Shown piece after piece: positions 1 through 10,800 of a stretch of DNA of 32,000 nt. The notes below the pieces were generated by a model, which was given only the letters and a program-made list of their open reading frames with translations, did no database searches and was not told where the DNA came from. The stretch spans positions 2,910,001 through 2,942,000 of the forward strand of contig NC_010296.1 of the NCBI RefSeq assembly GCF_000010625.1, written 5' to 3'. Both the position numbers and the translations under genes were made by a program. The DNA is from Microcystis aeruginosa NIES-843 (GTDB lineage Bacteria > Cyanobacteriota > Cyanobacteriia > Cyanobacteriales > Microcystaceae). Within the stretch, counting starts at the first letter, position 1. Every line of letters begins with the position of its first letter.

Positions 1-329
1 TATTTGTTGGATAATGGCAGTCATAGAGAGAATTTAGCAATTAGGGATTAGACAAAAATTGAGAAGGAATCGGTTAGCTTCCTAGCAGTAACCAGATTAT
101 GGGTCGAATTAGCTACTGAAGATGCCGATTGATGGTATTCTTTCAAGACTTTTGTGATAATCTTTTGTGGTGTATTCATTATAGTTTCGAGCCAAGGAGA
201 TTAACACTCCAGATAAATCAGGTTATTGACCATCTTACCTTATCATAATCTGAAGACGAATCCAATGCAGCTGGCTGCTGGGAAACATTTGCTTTAATAT
301 AGTAAGTAAGCTTTACCAATAGTACAACC

Positions 330-584
330 ATGTTAGCCAGTTATATTGATCAAGCGATGGCATTAGCTCGATACGAAATCATTGAAGAAGATGGCACTTA
401 TTGGGGTGAAATTCCACCCCTTCAGGGAGTTTGGGCAAATCACGCCAATCTAGAAGATTGCCAGCAAGAATTGCGCGAAGCTTTAAGCGATTGGATTGCT
501 TTGCGTCTGTGTTTAGGTTTGCCGATTCCAGTGTTAGCAGGAATAGATCTTAATCTCCTTCCTCAACCCATGTCTTCAATTTAA
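330..584 (+). CDS. HicB-family (UPF0150-like) type II antitoxin
   Basis: 84-aa ORF. The pattern YEIIEEDGTYWGEIPPLQGVWA...LEDCQQELREALSDWI is typical of small cyanobacterial HicB-like antitoxins. Its stop lies 3 nt before the next ORF. Confidence 0.65.
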   Translation: MLASYIDQAMALARYEIIEEDGTYWGEIPPLQGVWANHANLEDCQQELREALSDWIALRLCLGLPIPVLAGIDLNLLPQPMSSI

Positions 585-587
585 GAT

Positions 588-806
588 ATGCCTAAATTAA
601 CCGCCGTATCATGGCTTAATCTAGTTCAAAGATTACGAGAACTTGGGTTTGACGGTCCCTACGCTGGGGGTAAACACCCTCAAATGCGTCGGGATAATTT
701 AACGATAATTATCCCCAATCCCCATCAAGGTGAAATAGGGGTAGGACTGTTAAAACGCATTCTCAATCAAGCGGGTATTACCAGAGAAGAATGGCTGGGA
801 AAATAG
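588..806 (+). CDS. HicA/YcfA-family type II toxin (mRNA interferase-like)
   Basis: 72-aa ORF tightly coupled to the upstream ORF. MPKL..V.....L..LGF...... GKHPQM...NLTIIIPNPH..EIGVGLLKRILNQAGITREEW matches the HicA/YcfA layout. Confidence 0.6.
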   Translation: MPKLTAVSWLNLVQRLRELGFDGPYAGGKHPQMRRDNLTIIIPNPHQGEIGVGLLKRILNQAGITREEWLGK

Positions 807-828
807 CAGGGAAAACACCGCATTTAAC

Positions 829-1308
829 CTACTGCTTAACCAATAAAACCACGGCATAAACTGCGATACCTTCTTCTCGTCCCACCGGTCCCAATTGTTC
901 GTTAGTAGTGGCTTTAATTCCCACCTGGTCCGGATTAATCTTGAGAGTTGCTGCTAACTTGGCTCGCATCGCAATAAGGTGGGGTTTCATTTTCGGTTTT
1001 TCGGCAATAATTACCGAATCAATATTATTAATCCGCCAACCTTTATCGATAATTAATTGATTAACTTGTTCTAATAATTTTAAACTATTCGCCCCTTGCC
1101 ATTGTGGGTCTGTGGGGGGAAAATAATGACCGATATCGCCTAAACTAAGCGCCCCCAGCATGGCATCCATGATAGCGTGGGTTAAGACATCGGCATCACT
1201 GTGACCCAATAAACCGACAGTATGGGCAATCTCTACTCCTCCTAAAATTAAAGGTCTTCCTGTTACCAATCGGTGGATATCGTAGCCGTTACCAATACGA
1301 ATATTCAT
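829..1308 (-). CDS. ispF: 2-C-methyl-D-erythritol 2,4-cyclodiphosphate synthase
   Basis: 159 aa. The hallmark IspF motifs GYDIHRL and [11 protein letters not shown] are present, and the length is typical. Confidence 0.95.
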   Translation of the reverse strand: MNIRIGNGYDIHRLVTGRPLILGGVEIAHTVGLLGHSDADVLTHAIMDAMLGALSLGDIGHYFPPTDPQWQGANSLKLLEQVNQLIIDKGWRINNIDSVIIAEKPKMKPHLIAMRAKLAATLKINPDQVGIKATTNEQLGPVGREEGIAVYAVVLLVKQ

Positions 1309-1345
1309 AGAGCAGTCTCCTTGAAGTTATATTAATTATCTTATC

Positions 1346-1388
1346 GCAAAAGGGAACAAGTTAGGGAAAAGATTTCCCTAACTTGTCC
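1346..1388 (-). terminator. Putative rho-independent terminator (minus strand) between the DUF4276 operon and ispF
   Basis: A near-perfect 16-bp stem (ggAACAAGTTAGGGAAA / TTTCCCTAACTTGTcc) is followed on the minus strand by TTTTG. Confidence 0.4.
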
Positions 1389-1532
1389 TTATTAGTTAAT
1401 TAGCTAGGAAGGATGAACTATTCTGCTGAAGTTTTTCCCAATACAATGAAAGCTTATACTAAATTGATTTTTGATAGTATCATTAACTGCCAATCCAACT
1501 TTAAAAACCCACTTCCCACTTGCCACTCTATA

Positions 1533-1644
1533 CTTGTTAAATAAGATTTAGTATAACTCGATCGCTGTTAAAATTGCGGTAGAATCGGGAGAGGGTTGGG
1601 TTTCATGCTTCAAACCAACCTACGTTCTTTTTAAATAAGATTTA
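1533..1644. repeat. Left copy of a ~100-bp modular repeat (modules A-B-C plus a partial A)
   Basis: 1533-1593 is the reverse complement of 3806-3866 with 1 mismatch. 1575-1629 matches the reverse complement of 3867-3944 apart from a ~27-nt loop insertion. It contains the hairpin GGTTGG...CCAACC. Confidence 0.85.
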
Positions 1645-1855
1645 TAGCGTTTTTCAGTCTGCTGAGGTACAAAAGTTATGGGTTTTAGGCACTCATGCAA
1701 AAGGGAAGAAAAATAGGTGTACCTTACTAGCTTAGGAAACGCTATAGTTAAACACCGAATTTTGAACAATTATGCAACAATTTATTCAACAGTTAAAAAT
1801 CGATTTATCCTTGACAGTGATCTAGCAGTTTCATCATTTACTTTCCTAAATATCC

Positions 1856-2467
1856 TTAGCTAATCATCGCCAATAAACCTTGATAAAAAATCTGAAAACT
1901 AGGAGAACAATTATGAGCAGGAGTCATAAATTGAGAAATTTCTCGGGCTGCTTTCACTTTTTCTAAACCTCCTCGATCATACCCAGCTTTTTGAAGTATC
2001 TTTTCTAAGTTTTCCCAAGTTCCCCCCGTAATTTCATCGGGTTTTCTGTATTTTGCTTGCTGTCCCACATTAGTAGAAACTTTGGGATAGGCTGAGACTA
2101 TAGCCTGAATATCACCAAAAAACCAAGCTTCTAGTTCTTCTATAGCAATTCTATTTAACACCTGAAATGTTTTTTTATCTTCACTAATCGTTTTGGTGAT
2201 CAGTCCTGTTTGTTGGGCAATATTTTCTAACTTTTCTTTGAGCATTTGACAATCTTCATTGTCTCTATCTACAAGAATAATGATTCGATAATCATCGGGT
2301 ATCCAGCATTGATAGCCTTTTAATCGCTCCGGTAGTTTTTTGATTAAATCGGATTTACCTCGAAAGGCATGAATTTTATAGGTGACATTCTCAAATAATA
2401 TTTTAGGTAAAATTTGATTTAAACATTCTTGGGTAGAAAATTCTTCAACTAAAAATTCAAGATGCAC
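1856..2467 (-). CDS. DUF4276-like small protein with Toprim-type acidic motifs, a putative nuclease effector
   Basis: 203 aa. An N-terminal strand FLVEEFST, ILVDRDNED (DxD) and IEELEAWFFGD fit the DUF4276/Toprim-like pattern. The start is 24 nt downstream of the ATPase stop and is preceded by GGAGG. Confidence 0.65.
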   Translation of the reverse strand: MHLEFLVEEFSTQECLNQILPKILFENVTYKIHAFRGKSDLIKKLPERLKGYQCWIPDDYRIIILVDRDNEDCQMLKEKLENIAQQTGLITKTISEDKKTFQVLNRIAIEELEAWFFGDIQAIVSAYPKVSTNVGQQAKYRKPDEITGGTWENLEKILQKAGYDRGGLEKVKAAREISQFMTPAHNCSPSFQIFYQGLLAMIS

Positions 2468-2491
2468 TTTTTCCCTCCTTTGCTATTAAAC

Positions 2492-3679
2492 TTAAATGCT
2501 AGGATTACCCACATCAAAATAGTCCTCCATCCATAATTGACCCAACAAAGCACCATTTTGAATAAATTCCTTAACTCCTTGCATTGCTGAAGTACGTTTA
2601 GCTTGAGTAAAACCATTTTCATCTCGATAAAGTACCCAAACCTCCTCTGGTTTCAAACCATCTACAAAAAAGGGAGAATGAGTTGTTACCATTAATTGTG
2701 TACTTGCGGTCGCTGCCCGACATTCTTCTGCTAATTCAGGTAATAAACGGGGATGAAGATGATTTTCTGGTTCTTCTATTCCCAGTAATTGCGGAGGGCT
2801 TGGATCATATAATATAGTTAAATAAGCCAACATTTTTAAAGTGCCATCGGAGGCAAATTTGGCAAGAATTGGCTCTTGAAAAGGTGCGTCTTTAATTTGA
2901 AGTAAAAGCTGTCCATTCGGCATAATAGATGCTTCTACTTTTTCTAATCTGGGAATTCGACGAGAAAGGGTTTGTAAAATAGATTCTAATCGTTGAGGAT
3001 GATCTTCTTTTAAATATTGAATAACATTAGGTAAATTGTCACCAGTTGGCGATAATCTTTCTTGCGCTCCTGCTTCTGGTTGAGTGCGAGTATTATCTGC
3101 GGTTAAGTAGGAAAGATACCAACTTGTGATAAAACGACGCAAAGCACTAACCCGGGGATGTTTGGCCAATTGTCCGAGGGTACTAACAGCTAAAAATTCC
3201 GGGGAGTCTAATCGTTCAGAGATTCGTTCATCTTTTGGTTTGGGATTTTCTCCACTAATCACTATTCCTCCCCCTTCTTTAAAGTCTAAAAAGCGATAAG
3301 GTTTGCCCTTCGCTCCTTGTCTCCACTGTAACCATTCTTCGGCAACATAAGGGCGATTGTTAGCTTCATTAATAGCCAAATGATAGGTAATTAAAGGTGA
3401 TGCCAATTTTTCTCGATATTTTAATTCGATAATGATGTAACCTTCTTGTCCTCTGGTTCTTAATTCTTTAAATCTTCCCCGTCTGTCCCAAGCTTTTTTT
3501 AAACCAACAGTAAAACATTCAGAGAGGAAAGCAAAGACATCAAATATGGTAGATTTTCCGCTCCCATTAGGACCGAGAAAAACGGTTAAAGGAGTAATGC
3601 TTTTTAATTCTAAGTCCTGTAAAGCTCGGTAATTTTGCACGCGCAGATTTTCGATTCGAGGTATAGAGTTTTTAGACAT
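2492..3679 (-). CDS. ABC-type (AAA_15/AAA_21, OLD/AriA-like) ATPase
   Basis: 395 aa. Walker [10 protein letters not shown], signature-like SDGTLKML, Walker [14 protein letters not shown] and H-loop TTHSPFF are all present. Confidence 0.85.
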   Translation of the reverse strand: MSKNSIPRIENLRVQNYRALQDLELKSITPLTVFLGPNGSGKSTIFDVFAFLSECFTVGLKKAWDRRGRFKELRTRGQEGYIIIELKYREKLASPLITYHLAINEANNRPYVAEEWLQWRQGAKGKPYRFLDFKEGGGIVISGENPKPKDERISERLDSPEFLAVSTLGQLAKHPRVSALRRFITSWYLSYLTADNTRTQPEAGAQERLSPTGDNLPNVIQYLKEDHPQRLESILQTLSRRIPRLEKVEASIMPNGQLLLQIKDAPFQEPILAKFASDGTLKMLAYLTILYDPSPPQLLGIEEPENHLHPRLLPELAEECRAATASTQLMVTTHSPFFVDGLKPEEVWVLYRDENGFTQAKRTSAMQGVKEFIQNGALLGQLWMEDYFDVGNPSI

Positions 3680-3805
3680 TGATTGTTGCTCTCTGCTGCT
3701 TTTAGCTCGTCTTGTCCCAGATTAGCTGTTAATTTTCCCAGTTCCCGCAAAAAACTGGTCAATTTTTAGTAATCTCGCTCTTCTGGACTGGTTATAGCAA
3801 ATTAG

Positions 3806-3944
3806 CTCTCCTGATTCTACCGCAATTTTAACAGCGATCGAGTTATACTAAATCTTATTTAACAAGAACGTAGGTTGGGCTTCGGCCGTGAGCTTTTGCC
3901 GAACGGTTGAAGCATGAAACCCAACGCTCTCCCGATTCTACCGC
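3806..3944. repeat. Right, inverted copy of the ~100-bp modular repeat
   Basis: It is the reverse complement of 1533-1629, circularly permuted (B-C'-A-B when read on the minus strand). Module C carries an extra insert, ccgttcggcaaaagctcacggccgaag. Confidence 0.85.
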
Positions 3945-4047
3945 ACTCCGAGTTTTTTCTTGGGGATAATCTCCTAACTTCTGACCATCTACTGTCGATT
4001 ACCGCAAAGGATAGCCATTTATTCTATCAGAATGAGAAGATTTAATT

Positions 4048-4218
4048 ATGATAACACTTGTGATTATGTTTTTCGCTGCCTTGCTGGCAGCTGCCGATTT
4101 TACTTACCAAGTTTTGATTCATTTTCCCGTACAAATCCTCAATTTTTTGGGGTCGTTGTTGTCCTATGGAGTAATCGGACTGATAATTTTCGTCCTAGTG
4201 TGGATTGTGGGTGACTGA
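4048..4218 (+). CDS. Small hydrophobic (about 2-TM) protein, hypothetical
   Basis: The alternative frame to the listed 4032-4214 ORF translates as MITLVIMFFAALLAAADFTYQVLIHFPVQILNFLGSLLSYGVIGLIIFVLVWIVGD. This is far more protein-like than the Cys/Arg-rich listed frame. Confidence 0.35.
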   Translation: MITLVIMFFAALLAAADFTYQVLIHFPVQILNFLGSLLSYGVIGLIIFVLVWIVGD

Positions 4219-4288
4219 TTTCTCGGTAGAAAAAAATGAGAGAATCAGCCTTAGCCAATTCTCCCCAATTTCAGCCAACTTTTAATTT

Positions 4289-7105
4289 TTACTGTTCACT
4301 AGCCACTGCTTGGGGTTGTCCTTGCGGTTGGAATTGGAACAGGGAATAAACCACGTTACGACGGATATCAATCATCATTTCTAAAAACATCTCGTAGCCT
4401 TCCTGTTTATACTCAATTAGGGGGTCTTTTTGACCGTAACCGCGTAAACCAATCGACTCGCGTAAAGCTTCCATAGCTTGCAGGTGTTCGCGCCATAACA
4501 TATCGATTTGTTGCAGGATAAAATAACGTTCGGCATCGCGCATTAAACCGGCGCGAATACTATCCACTTGACGTTCCTTAATTTCGTAGGCTTTGCGAAC
4601 TTCTTCGTGTAGGAACATCTTGATATCATTAACACTCATCTCCTCGACATCTTTAGCGGTAATATCTGCCAACAGATAGACGAATTCCTGAGATTTACTA
4701 ATCAGTTTTTCCAAATCCCATTCTTCCGCCGGCAGTTCGGGATTAACATAAGCCATGACGATTTCATCCATGGTTTTTTCGGCGTATTGCAGCACCTGTT
4801 CTTTTAAGTCCATCCCCTCCAAAACCCGACGACGTTCGGCATAAATAGCGCGTCGTTGATTATTCATCACCTCGTCGTATTCAAACACCTGTTTCCGGGC
4901 ATCATAATAGAAGGTTTCCACTTTTCTTTGCGCGCCTTCCAGGGAACGAGTTAACATTCCCGACTCAATGGGCATATCTTCTTCCACCCGGAAGGCATCC
5001 ATTAAACCCGCCACGCGGTCGCCACCAAAAATCCGCAATAAATTGTCTTCTAGGCTTAAAAAGAAGTGTGTAGAACCGGGGTCGCCCTGTCTGCCCGCCC
5101 GGCCTCGCAATTGGTTGTCAATACGGCGGGATTCGTGGCGTTCCGTCCCGATAACGTGCAGTCCGCCCCTTTCTACTACTTCATCGTGTTCTTTACCCGT
5201 GTAATCTTCATAACTTTTGCGAATTAATTTATAGACTTCCCGTAACTTTTGAATAACCGGGTCATCCGTGGGAGCTTTTTCGGCCGCGATGGCGATTTTT
5301 TCTTCTACTTCTAATTCGGGTAAACTTTGAGTTCCGTGGGTATCAACGGCAAATTTAACCGCTTCTTTCAGGGCATTTTCTACCTCTTTCGGTAACTCGG
5401 TGGGAAAAATTTCCGCCGAGGCACGCCAGTTTTTTTTCTTCTTACCCGGGGCGAATCCTTGCGGGCGATTGCGTTCTCCTAAACTGGGTAAACTAAAGGC
5501 CAAATTGTCATCCTCGGGCATAACTAATTTCGGCATTAAATACTCGCGAATTTTCAATCGGGCCATATAGTCGGAGTTACCACCGAGGATGATATCGGTT
5601 CCCCGTCCCGCCATGTTCGTGGCAATGGTTACGGCCCCGGCCCGGCCTGCTTGGGCGACGATTTCCGATTCCCTTTCCACGTTTTCCGGACGAGCATTAA
5701 GTAAGTTATGGGGAATATTCCTTCCCTGTAATAAAAGCGAAAGCACTTCCGATTTTTCCACACTGGTGGTACCGACTAAAACCGGGCGACCCTGTTCGTG
5801 CATTTGTTGACATTCTTCAGCGACGGCGTTCCATTTTGCCTGTTCATTTTTATAGACCACATCGGCTAAATCTTGCCGACGAGAAACGCGGTTAGTGGGA
5901 ATAATTGTTACTTGCAGGTTATAGACTTTTTCTAGTTCCGTTTCTTCGGTTTTGGCCGTCCCGGTCATGCCAGATAATTTCGGATAGAGTAGGAAAAAGT
6001 TTTGATAGGTAATCGTGGCTAAGGTTTGGGTTTCCTGTTGAATTTCCACCCCTTCCTTAGCCTCCACTGCCTGATGTAAACCATCGCCCCAACGTCGCCC
6101 CGGTAATACCCGTCCCGTGAACTCATCAACAATAACAATTTCACCACTGCGGACGATATAGTTAACGTCTTTTTTCTGGAGTTCTTTGGCACGAATAGCG
6201 TTAGAAATATAGTGCGCCCAGGGATTTTCTTGGTCGTATAAATCGGTAACTCCTAATAGTTCTTCCGCTCTTTTAAAGCCTTCATCGGTCATTAAAACGT
6301 TACGGTCTTTTTCGTTAACTTCGTAGTCTCCCGGTCCGTCTTCTACTTTTTGGCGCACTAATTGCTTGGCGATTTCGGCGGCGAGAATATATTTTTCTGT
6401 GGGTCGATCGATCGGTCCTGATATAATTAATGGAGTTCTGGCCTCATCGATAAGAATGGAGTCCACTTCGTCGATAACGCAGTAGTTAAAGGGTCTTTGG
6501 ACAACTTCCCCCATCACTGTAGCCATGTTATCGCGCAGATAATCGAAGCCGAGTTCGCTGTTAGTGGTGTAGGTGATGTCACAGGCATAATTTTTCTTTC
6601 TTTCTTCCGGACTCATGCCGGCTTGAATTAGTCCCACACTTAACCCTAAAAAGCGGTGTACCTGCCCCATCCATTCCGCGTCACGACGGGCGAGATAATC
6701 GTTAACGGTGACGACGTGAACCCCTTTTCCGGTCAATCCATTCAAATAAGCGGGGAGAGTGGCAACCAGGGTTTTTCCTTCCCCGGTTTTCATCTCGGCG
6801 ATTTGTCCTTTGTGCAGTACCATTCCCCCCAATAACTGCACGTCAAAGTGACGCATCCCTAAGACTCGGATTCCCGCTTCCCGGACAATGGCGAAAGCTT
6901 CGGGGAGGATTTCCTCGAGAATCTCCTCTCTTTCGTCATAATTTCTGGCTTTGTCTAATCTTTCCTTAAATTCGCTGGTTTTGCTCCTTAATTCCTCATC
7001 GGACAGGTTTTTAATGTCTTCTTCCAGCAGGTTGATTTCGGTGACGAGGGGCTGAAATTTTTTAATTTTGCGGGCGTTGGGGTCTCCGAGTAGGGCTTTT
7101 AACAT
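4289..7105 (-). CDS. secA: Preprotein translocase ATPase SecA
   Basis: 938 aa, with canonical SecA sequence throughout ([62 protein letters not shown]). Confidence 0.97.
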   Translation of the reverse strand: MLKALLGDPNARKIKKFQPLVTEINLLEEDIKNLSDEELRSKTSEFKERLDKARNYDEREEILEEILPEAFAIVREAGIRVLGMRHFDVQLLGGMVLHKGQIAEMKTGEGKTLVATLPAYLNGLTGKGVHVVTVNDYLARRDAEWMGQVHRFLGLSVGLIQAGMSPEERKKNYACDITYTTNSELGFDYLRDNMATVMGEVVQRPFNYCVIDEVDSILIDEARTPLIISGPIDRPTEKYILAAEIAKQLVRQKVEDGPGDYEVNEKDRNVLMTDEGFKRAEELLGVTDLYDQENPWAHYISNAIRAKELQKKDVNYIVRSGEIVIVDEFTGRVLPGRRWGDGLHQAVEAKEGVEIQQETQTLATITYQNFFLLYPKLSGMTGTAKTEETELEKVYNLQVTIIPTNRVSRRQDLADVVYKNEQAKWNAVAEECQQMHEQGRPVLVGTTSVEKSEVLSLLLQGRNIPHNLLNARPENVERESEIVAQAGRAGAVTIATNMAGRGTDIILGGNSDYMARLKIREYLMPKLVMPEDDNLAFSLPSLGERNRPQGFAPGKKKKNWRASAEIFPTELPKEVENALKEAVKFAVDTHGTQSLPELEVEEKIAIAAEKAPTDDPVIQKLREVYKLIRKSYEDYTGKEHDEVVERGGLHVIGTERHESRRIDNQLRGRAGRQGDPGSTHFFLSLEDNLLRIFGGDRVAGLMDAFRVEEDMPIESGMLTRSLEGAQRKVETFYYDARKQVFEYDEVMNNQRRAIYAERRRVLEGMDLKEQVLQYAEKTMDEIVMAYVNPELPAEEWDLEKLISKSQEFVYLLADITAKDVEEMSVNDIKMFLHEEVRKAYEIKERQVDSIRAGLMRDAERYFILQQIDMLWREHLQAMEALRESIGLRGYGQKDPLIEYKQEGYEMFLEMMIDIRRNVVYSLFQFQPQGQPQAVASEQ

Positions 7106-7207
7106 AGCAGTTTTTATTCTCTCGCTTCGATTGGCTCTTGGTCTGTGGTGTTAACAATTGTATCACTCTCGTTGGGAGTGGAGAATCATTTATCGGTGAA
7201 CAGGGAC

Positions 7208-7334
7208 GGCGTTGTCAGATTCAGAAGAGGAAAGATGCAATGCTCCCAACTGATTCGGAGCATCTTTCAATTTGACAACGCCGATTGTAGGGCTAATTCA
7301 TGAATTAGCCCTACGCCGATTGTAGGGCTAATTC
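7208..7334. repeat. Cluster of nested palindromic / direct repeats (MITE-like)
   Basis: Three elements are visible. An imperfect palindrome joins 7208-7246 with 7257-7282. A perfect palindrome GTAGGGCTAATTCA|TGAATTAGCCCTAC sits at 7287-7314. A 21-bp direct repeat cgccgattgtagggctaattc occurs at 7279-7299 and 7314-7334. Confidence 0.8.
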
Positions 7335-7458
7335 CACTGCTAAATCGAGCGACTCTTGTTCCCCACTTAAGCCCAACTATCGGCACTATTCGTTCATTAA
7401 ACACTAATTGTCAAGATGCCATGTAATCTTTCCTATCAAAGTAATTTCAGTTCCGGTG

Positions 7459-7491
7459 CTGATTCGGAGCATCTTTCAATTTGACAACGCC
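7459..7491. repeat. Second copy of a 33-bp repeat (ctgattcggagcatctttcaatttgacaacgcc)
   Basis: It is identical to 7250-7282. Confidence 0.9.
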
Positions 7492-7639
7492 AAAATTTTT
7501 GAGACATTTCAATATAAATTTAAAAGGCAACCGCAACAAAAAAGGAAGAAAAACCCTAATAAATATAACCTAGAAGACGCTTTATCTGTGGTTGAAACCT
7601 GCGATAAAATATCAATCTAGGGTTTGCGGCAAAAAGTAC

Positions 7640-7704
7640 GGGCGAAGCATTCGGATAGAAAATCTACGGTTTCACCGATAGGTTATTGCCCGAATGCTTC
7701 GCCC
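7640..7704. repeat. Long-stem hairpin element
   Basis: 15-nt perfect inverted arms GGGCGAAGCATTCGG / CCGAATGCTTCGCCC are separated by ~35 nt. Confidence 0.7.
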
Positions 7705-7856
7705 CTACAGGACGCGGGCCGATGAAAACCCAAGGTTTTGAAGCACGATTCTCTCAAAATCTTGCACCTGTACTGATTATTTATTCTCCCTTTTGCCTCT
7801 CCCAATATGTAGCCTATAGTCAACGGATTTAGAGTTAATCTTCTCTCACCGGTGGC

Positions 7857-10800
7857 TTAACTAAAGGGGAAACCACCATATTTATGGATAATTATATCTA
7901 TAGTTTCCATAATTGCGATCGATTCGCCCAAAATGGAGATAATTTGTTGATAATGTTCTAGGTCATCGTAGCTAAGGTGGCGACCTTTGCGGTCTTTTAG
8001 CCACTTCTGACACACTTGATAACCGCCGATATAAAAGTTCCAAATTTGAGGCGGAATCCCCGCAAAATACTGGTCAGAATTAATCGAAATTTGTTGTTTA
8101 TTTTCGTCATATTTCACCTGTTCGACTAGATTAGAACCCGCCACGGGATAGCTACTAATTTCTTTTCCCGTTGCTTTCATCAGGTGTAACTGTACTAATC
8201 TGTCACCTTTTTTGACTAATTCCCAGAATAATTCTTTATTACTGGTGAGAGGAACGCGAGGAAAGTCTATTTTTAAAAATTCGGCGTAACGTTGGCGATA
8301 TTGGGGAGAGTGAAAGACCGCATAGATATAGTTAAAAATGTCTTCTGGTCCAAAGGTTTTCTTTTCGTCTCCTTTGCCATCACTGATAAATTCTAATTCA
8401 AGTTTTGCCGAAAGTTTGTTAATAAATTCTGGCGCTAGATTGGGACGGCGACCATTTGGCGAGTTGGTTGGTTCTGTGTCAAATAGCGTTGGGGTATTGG
8501 TTGGGTAAAGATAGAGGGGAAAAATATTAACTCCACCTCTTCTAAAAATATTAGTATCAATGGCATTCTCAAAAACAGTAATCAAGGCCCATTCAGGATC
8601 ATTAACCGCAATTCCTTGACGACCTATACCTATACCAATGTTATTCTTATTCATCGTATGCTGAATTATTTCATGCCTCAACCGATTTACTAAAGCATCA
8701 TGATGATAATAAGGTCTAATATCAAGAGGTCTATATAAACATTGAGTGAAATAAGATTGCCAATTAGATTCAGATGTAAAAGATTTTCTCTTTTGATTTA
8801 AATTCCAATCTAAACTGTCTTCCAACTTATATTTATTTTTTATTTCTGAATCATTTATAAGTGTATTTCTAAAGTCATTGATTCGCTCGATTAATTTAGC
8901 TTTATCAAAATCATAGACAAAGTGATCTCTATGGGTTTTGATACCAGAACCGTTTGTCAACATGATTGTATCAAGTTCCCAATATTTTTGATATTCATCA
9001 GATGAGACTTTGCTCTGAGGATTAAATAGGTAAAAATCTGATTTGGGATTTATAATTTCCCATTCAGTTGAACTAATATCATTTTCATCTAACCAATAAT
9101 ACTTACCCCCAACTAACTCCTTATGCTCTTTAACCTCTCTAACACCCCACAAATCAGCATGATAAACCTGCGCTAAATCTTGCTGACTATCTTGATACTT
9201 AATAAAAAACGCAATCGCTACTCCTTGCTGAATATCAAACACATTTTGATCGGTTGAACCATCGGGACAAACTTCTTTTTTCTTGCTATTCCCATGCAAA
9301 TCTAAAACATAAATCTCATCAAAAGTCTGCATCAAATTTTGACGCATTCCCCGAAAAGTGGGATTATCCAAATAACCATGATTTGTAATTAACGCCACAA
9401 CTCCATAACCAGTTTCCGCTACCCGATACTGAGCAAAGCGAATAAACTTCACATAATCATCTAATAAACCTTTAGGGTTTCTCTCTCCCAATGGTTTTCC
9501 ATCTAATTGATAATAATCCTTAACCAAATTCACAATCCAAGGGTCAGTATTCATCGACTGATAGGAATAGGGTGGATTGCCTAAAATCACCATAACTGGC
9601 ATTTCTTGCTTAACATCTTTTGCCGCGGCTGCTTCATCGCGAATACGATTTAAAAAACCATCAGCAGGGGGAATTTGAAAAGCTTCCTGTAGGGTGTTGG
9701 TGAGATAGATTCCCAAGCGTTCATCGGCACTAAAATCATAGCCTAATTCCTGAAGTTGTAAACCTAATTTCATGTGTGCTACGGTGTAGGGAGCCATCAG
9801 TAATTCAAACCCAAAGAGACGGGGTAATAAATGTTTACTGACATAACTAGACCACATCCCTTTCTGTTGACGAAAACTATCATAGATATGGTCGATAACA
9901 GAGTGTAAAAAAGTGCCTGTTCCCACAGCAGGATCGAGGATTAAAACTTGGTGAACTTCCTGAGTTTCTTGGCTATTATTAGGATTTTTAATCGTAATTT
10001 TTTTGGCATCGGCCAAACCTTTAGGAATCTGAAACTTATTTTTTAGAATATAGTCCACACTGCGAACCATGTAAGAAACCACGGGTTCAGGGGTATAATA
10101 AACCCCCCTAGACTCACGCATTTTACTATCGTATTCGGCTAAAAAAGTCTCATAAAAGTGAACTACAGGATCCTGCTTGCGCGTGCGTTTTCCAAAGCTG
10201 CCGAGAATCCCCTCCATATCCGTTTGTTGTAAAATAGTCGCTAGAGTATCCACGGCCCAAGTAATCCGCTCATCTAATTCTGTACCAGCAATTTGATGAA
10301 AAATTCCCCGCAAAAAAGGGTTAGTTTTCGGTAGTCGAAATCCCGCCGTTTCCCTGGAAAAAGAACTTATTTGATCCGTATTACAGCGTGCTGCGAATAA
10401 ACCATAACAGATTGTTTGTGCATACATATCCGCGAACTGCGCTTCATTGAGATCACTAATTAAAACTCGTTGAAAAGATTGCAATTGTTGCCGCAACATT
10501 CCCCCACAATCTTGATCTTTTAAAGCTTGGCCGATTGCGTCTCTAATTAACTGCGCTAAAGCGGCCATTTTTTTGGCTAATTCTCGCGGTGTTGTGATCT
10601 GAATAACTTTTGAGAGGAAAAACTGACAGAACAATTGTTCTACTTGTAAAATACCCTGGGAATCAGGTTTAATTTGCTTTTTTTGATTAAGACTTGCCAC
10701 GGCAGCTGATAGACGCAATTCTCCCGATACATACCAACGAAATTCTAAATGATCGGTGATAATTAAATTACCCAAAGCCTGTAAATAACGTTTTATTTGG

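Noticed and set aside
1-24. Possible start (ATG at 22-24, minus strand) of a gene leaving the window
   Set aside because: Only 8 codons are visible, which is too little to support any call.
4968-5810. ORFs 4968-5204 (+) and 5589-5810 (+) inside secA
   Set aside because: They are antisense to a clearly intact secA. Their products are low-complexity and Ser/Pro/Arg-rich. These are shadow ORFs.
7408-7620. 70-aa ORF in the repeat-rich gap
   Set aside because: It overlaps the 33-bp dispersed repeat, has a Lys/Gln low-complexity tail, and has no RBS. It is most likely non-coding repeat DNA.
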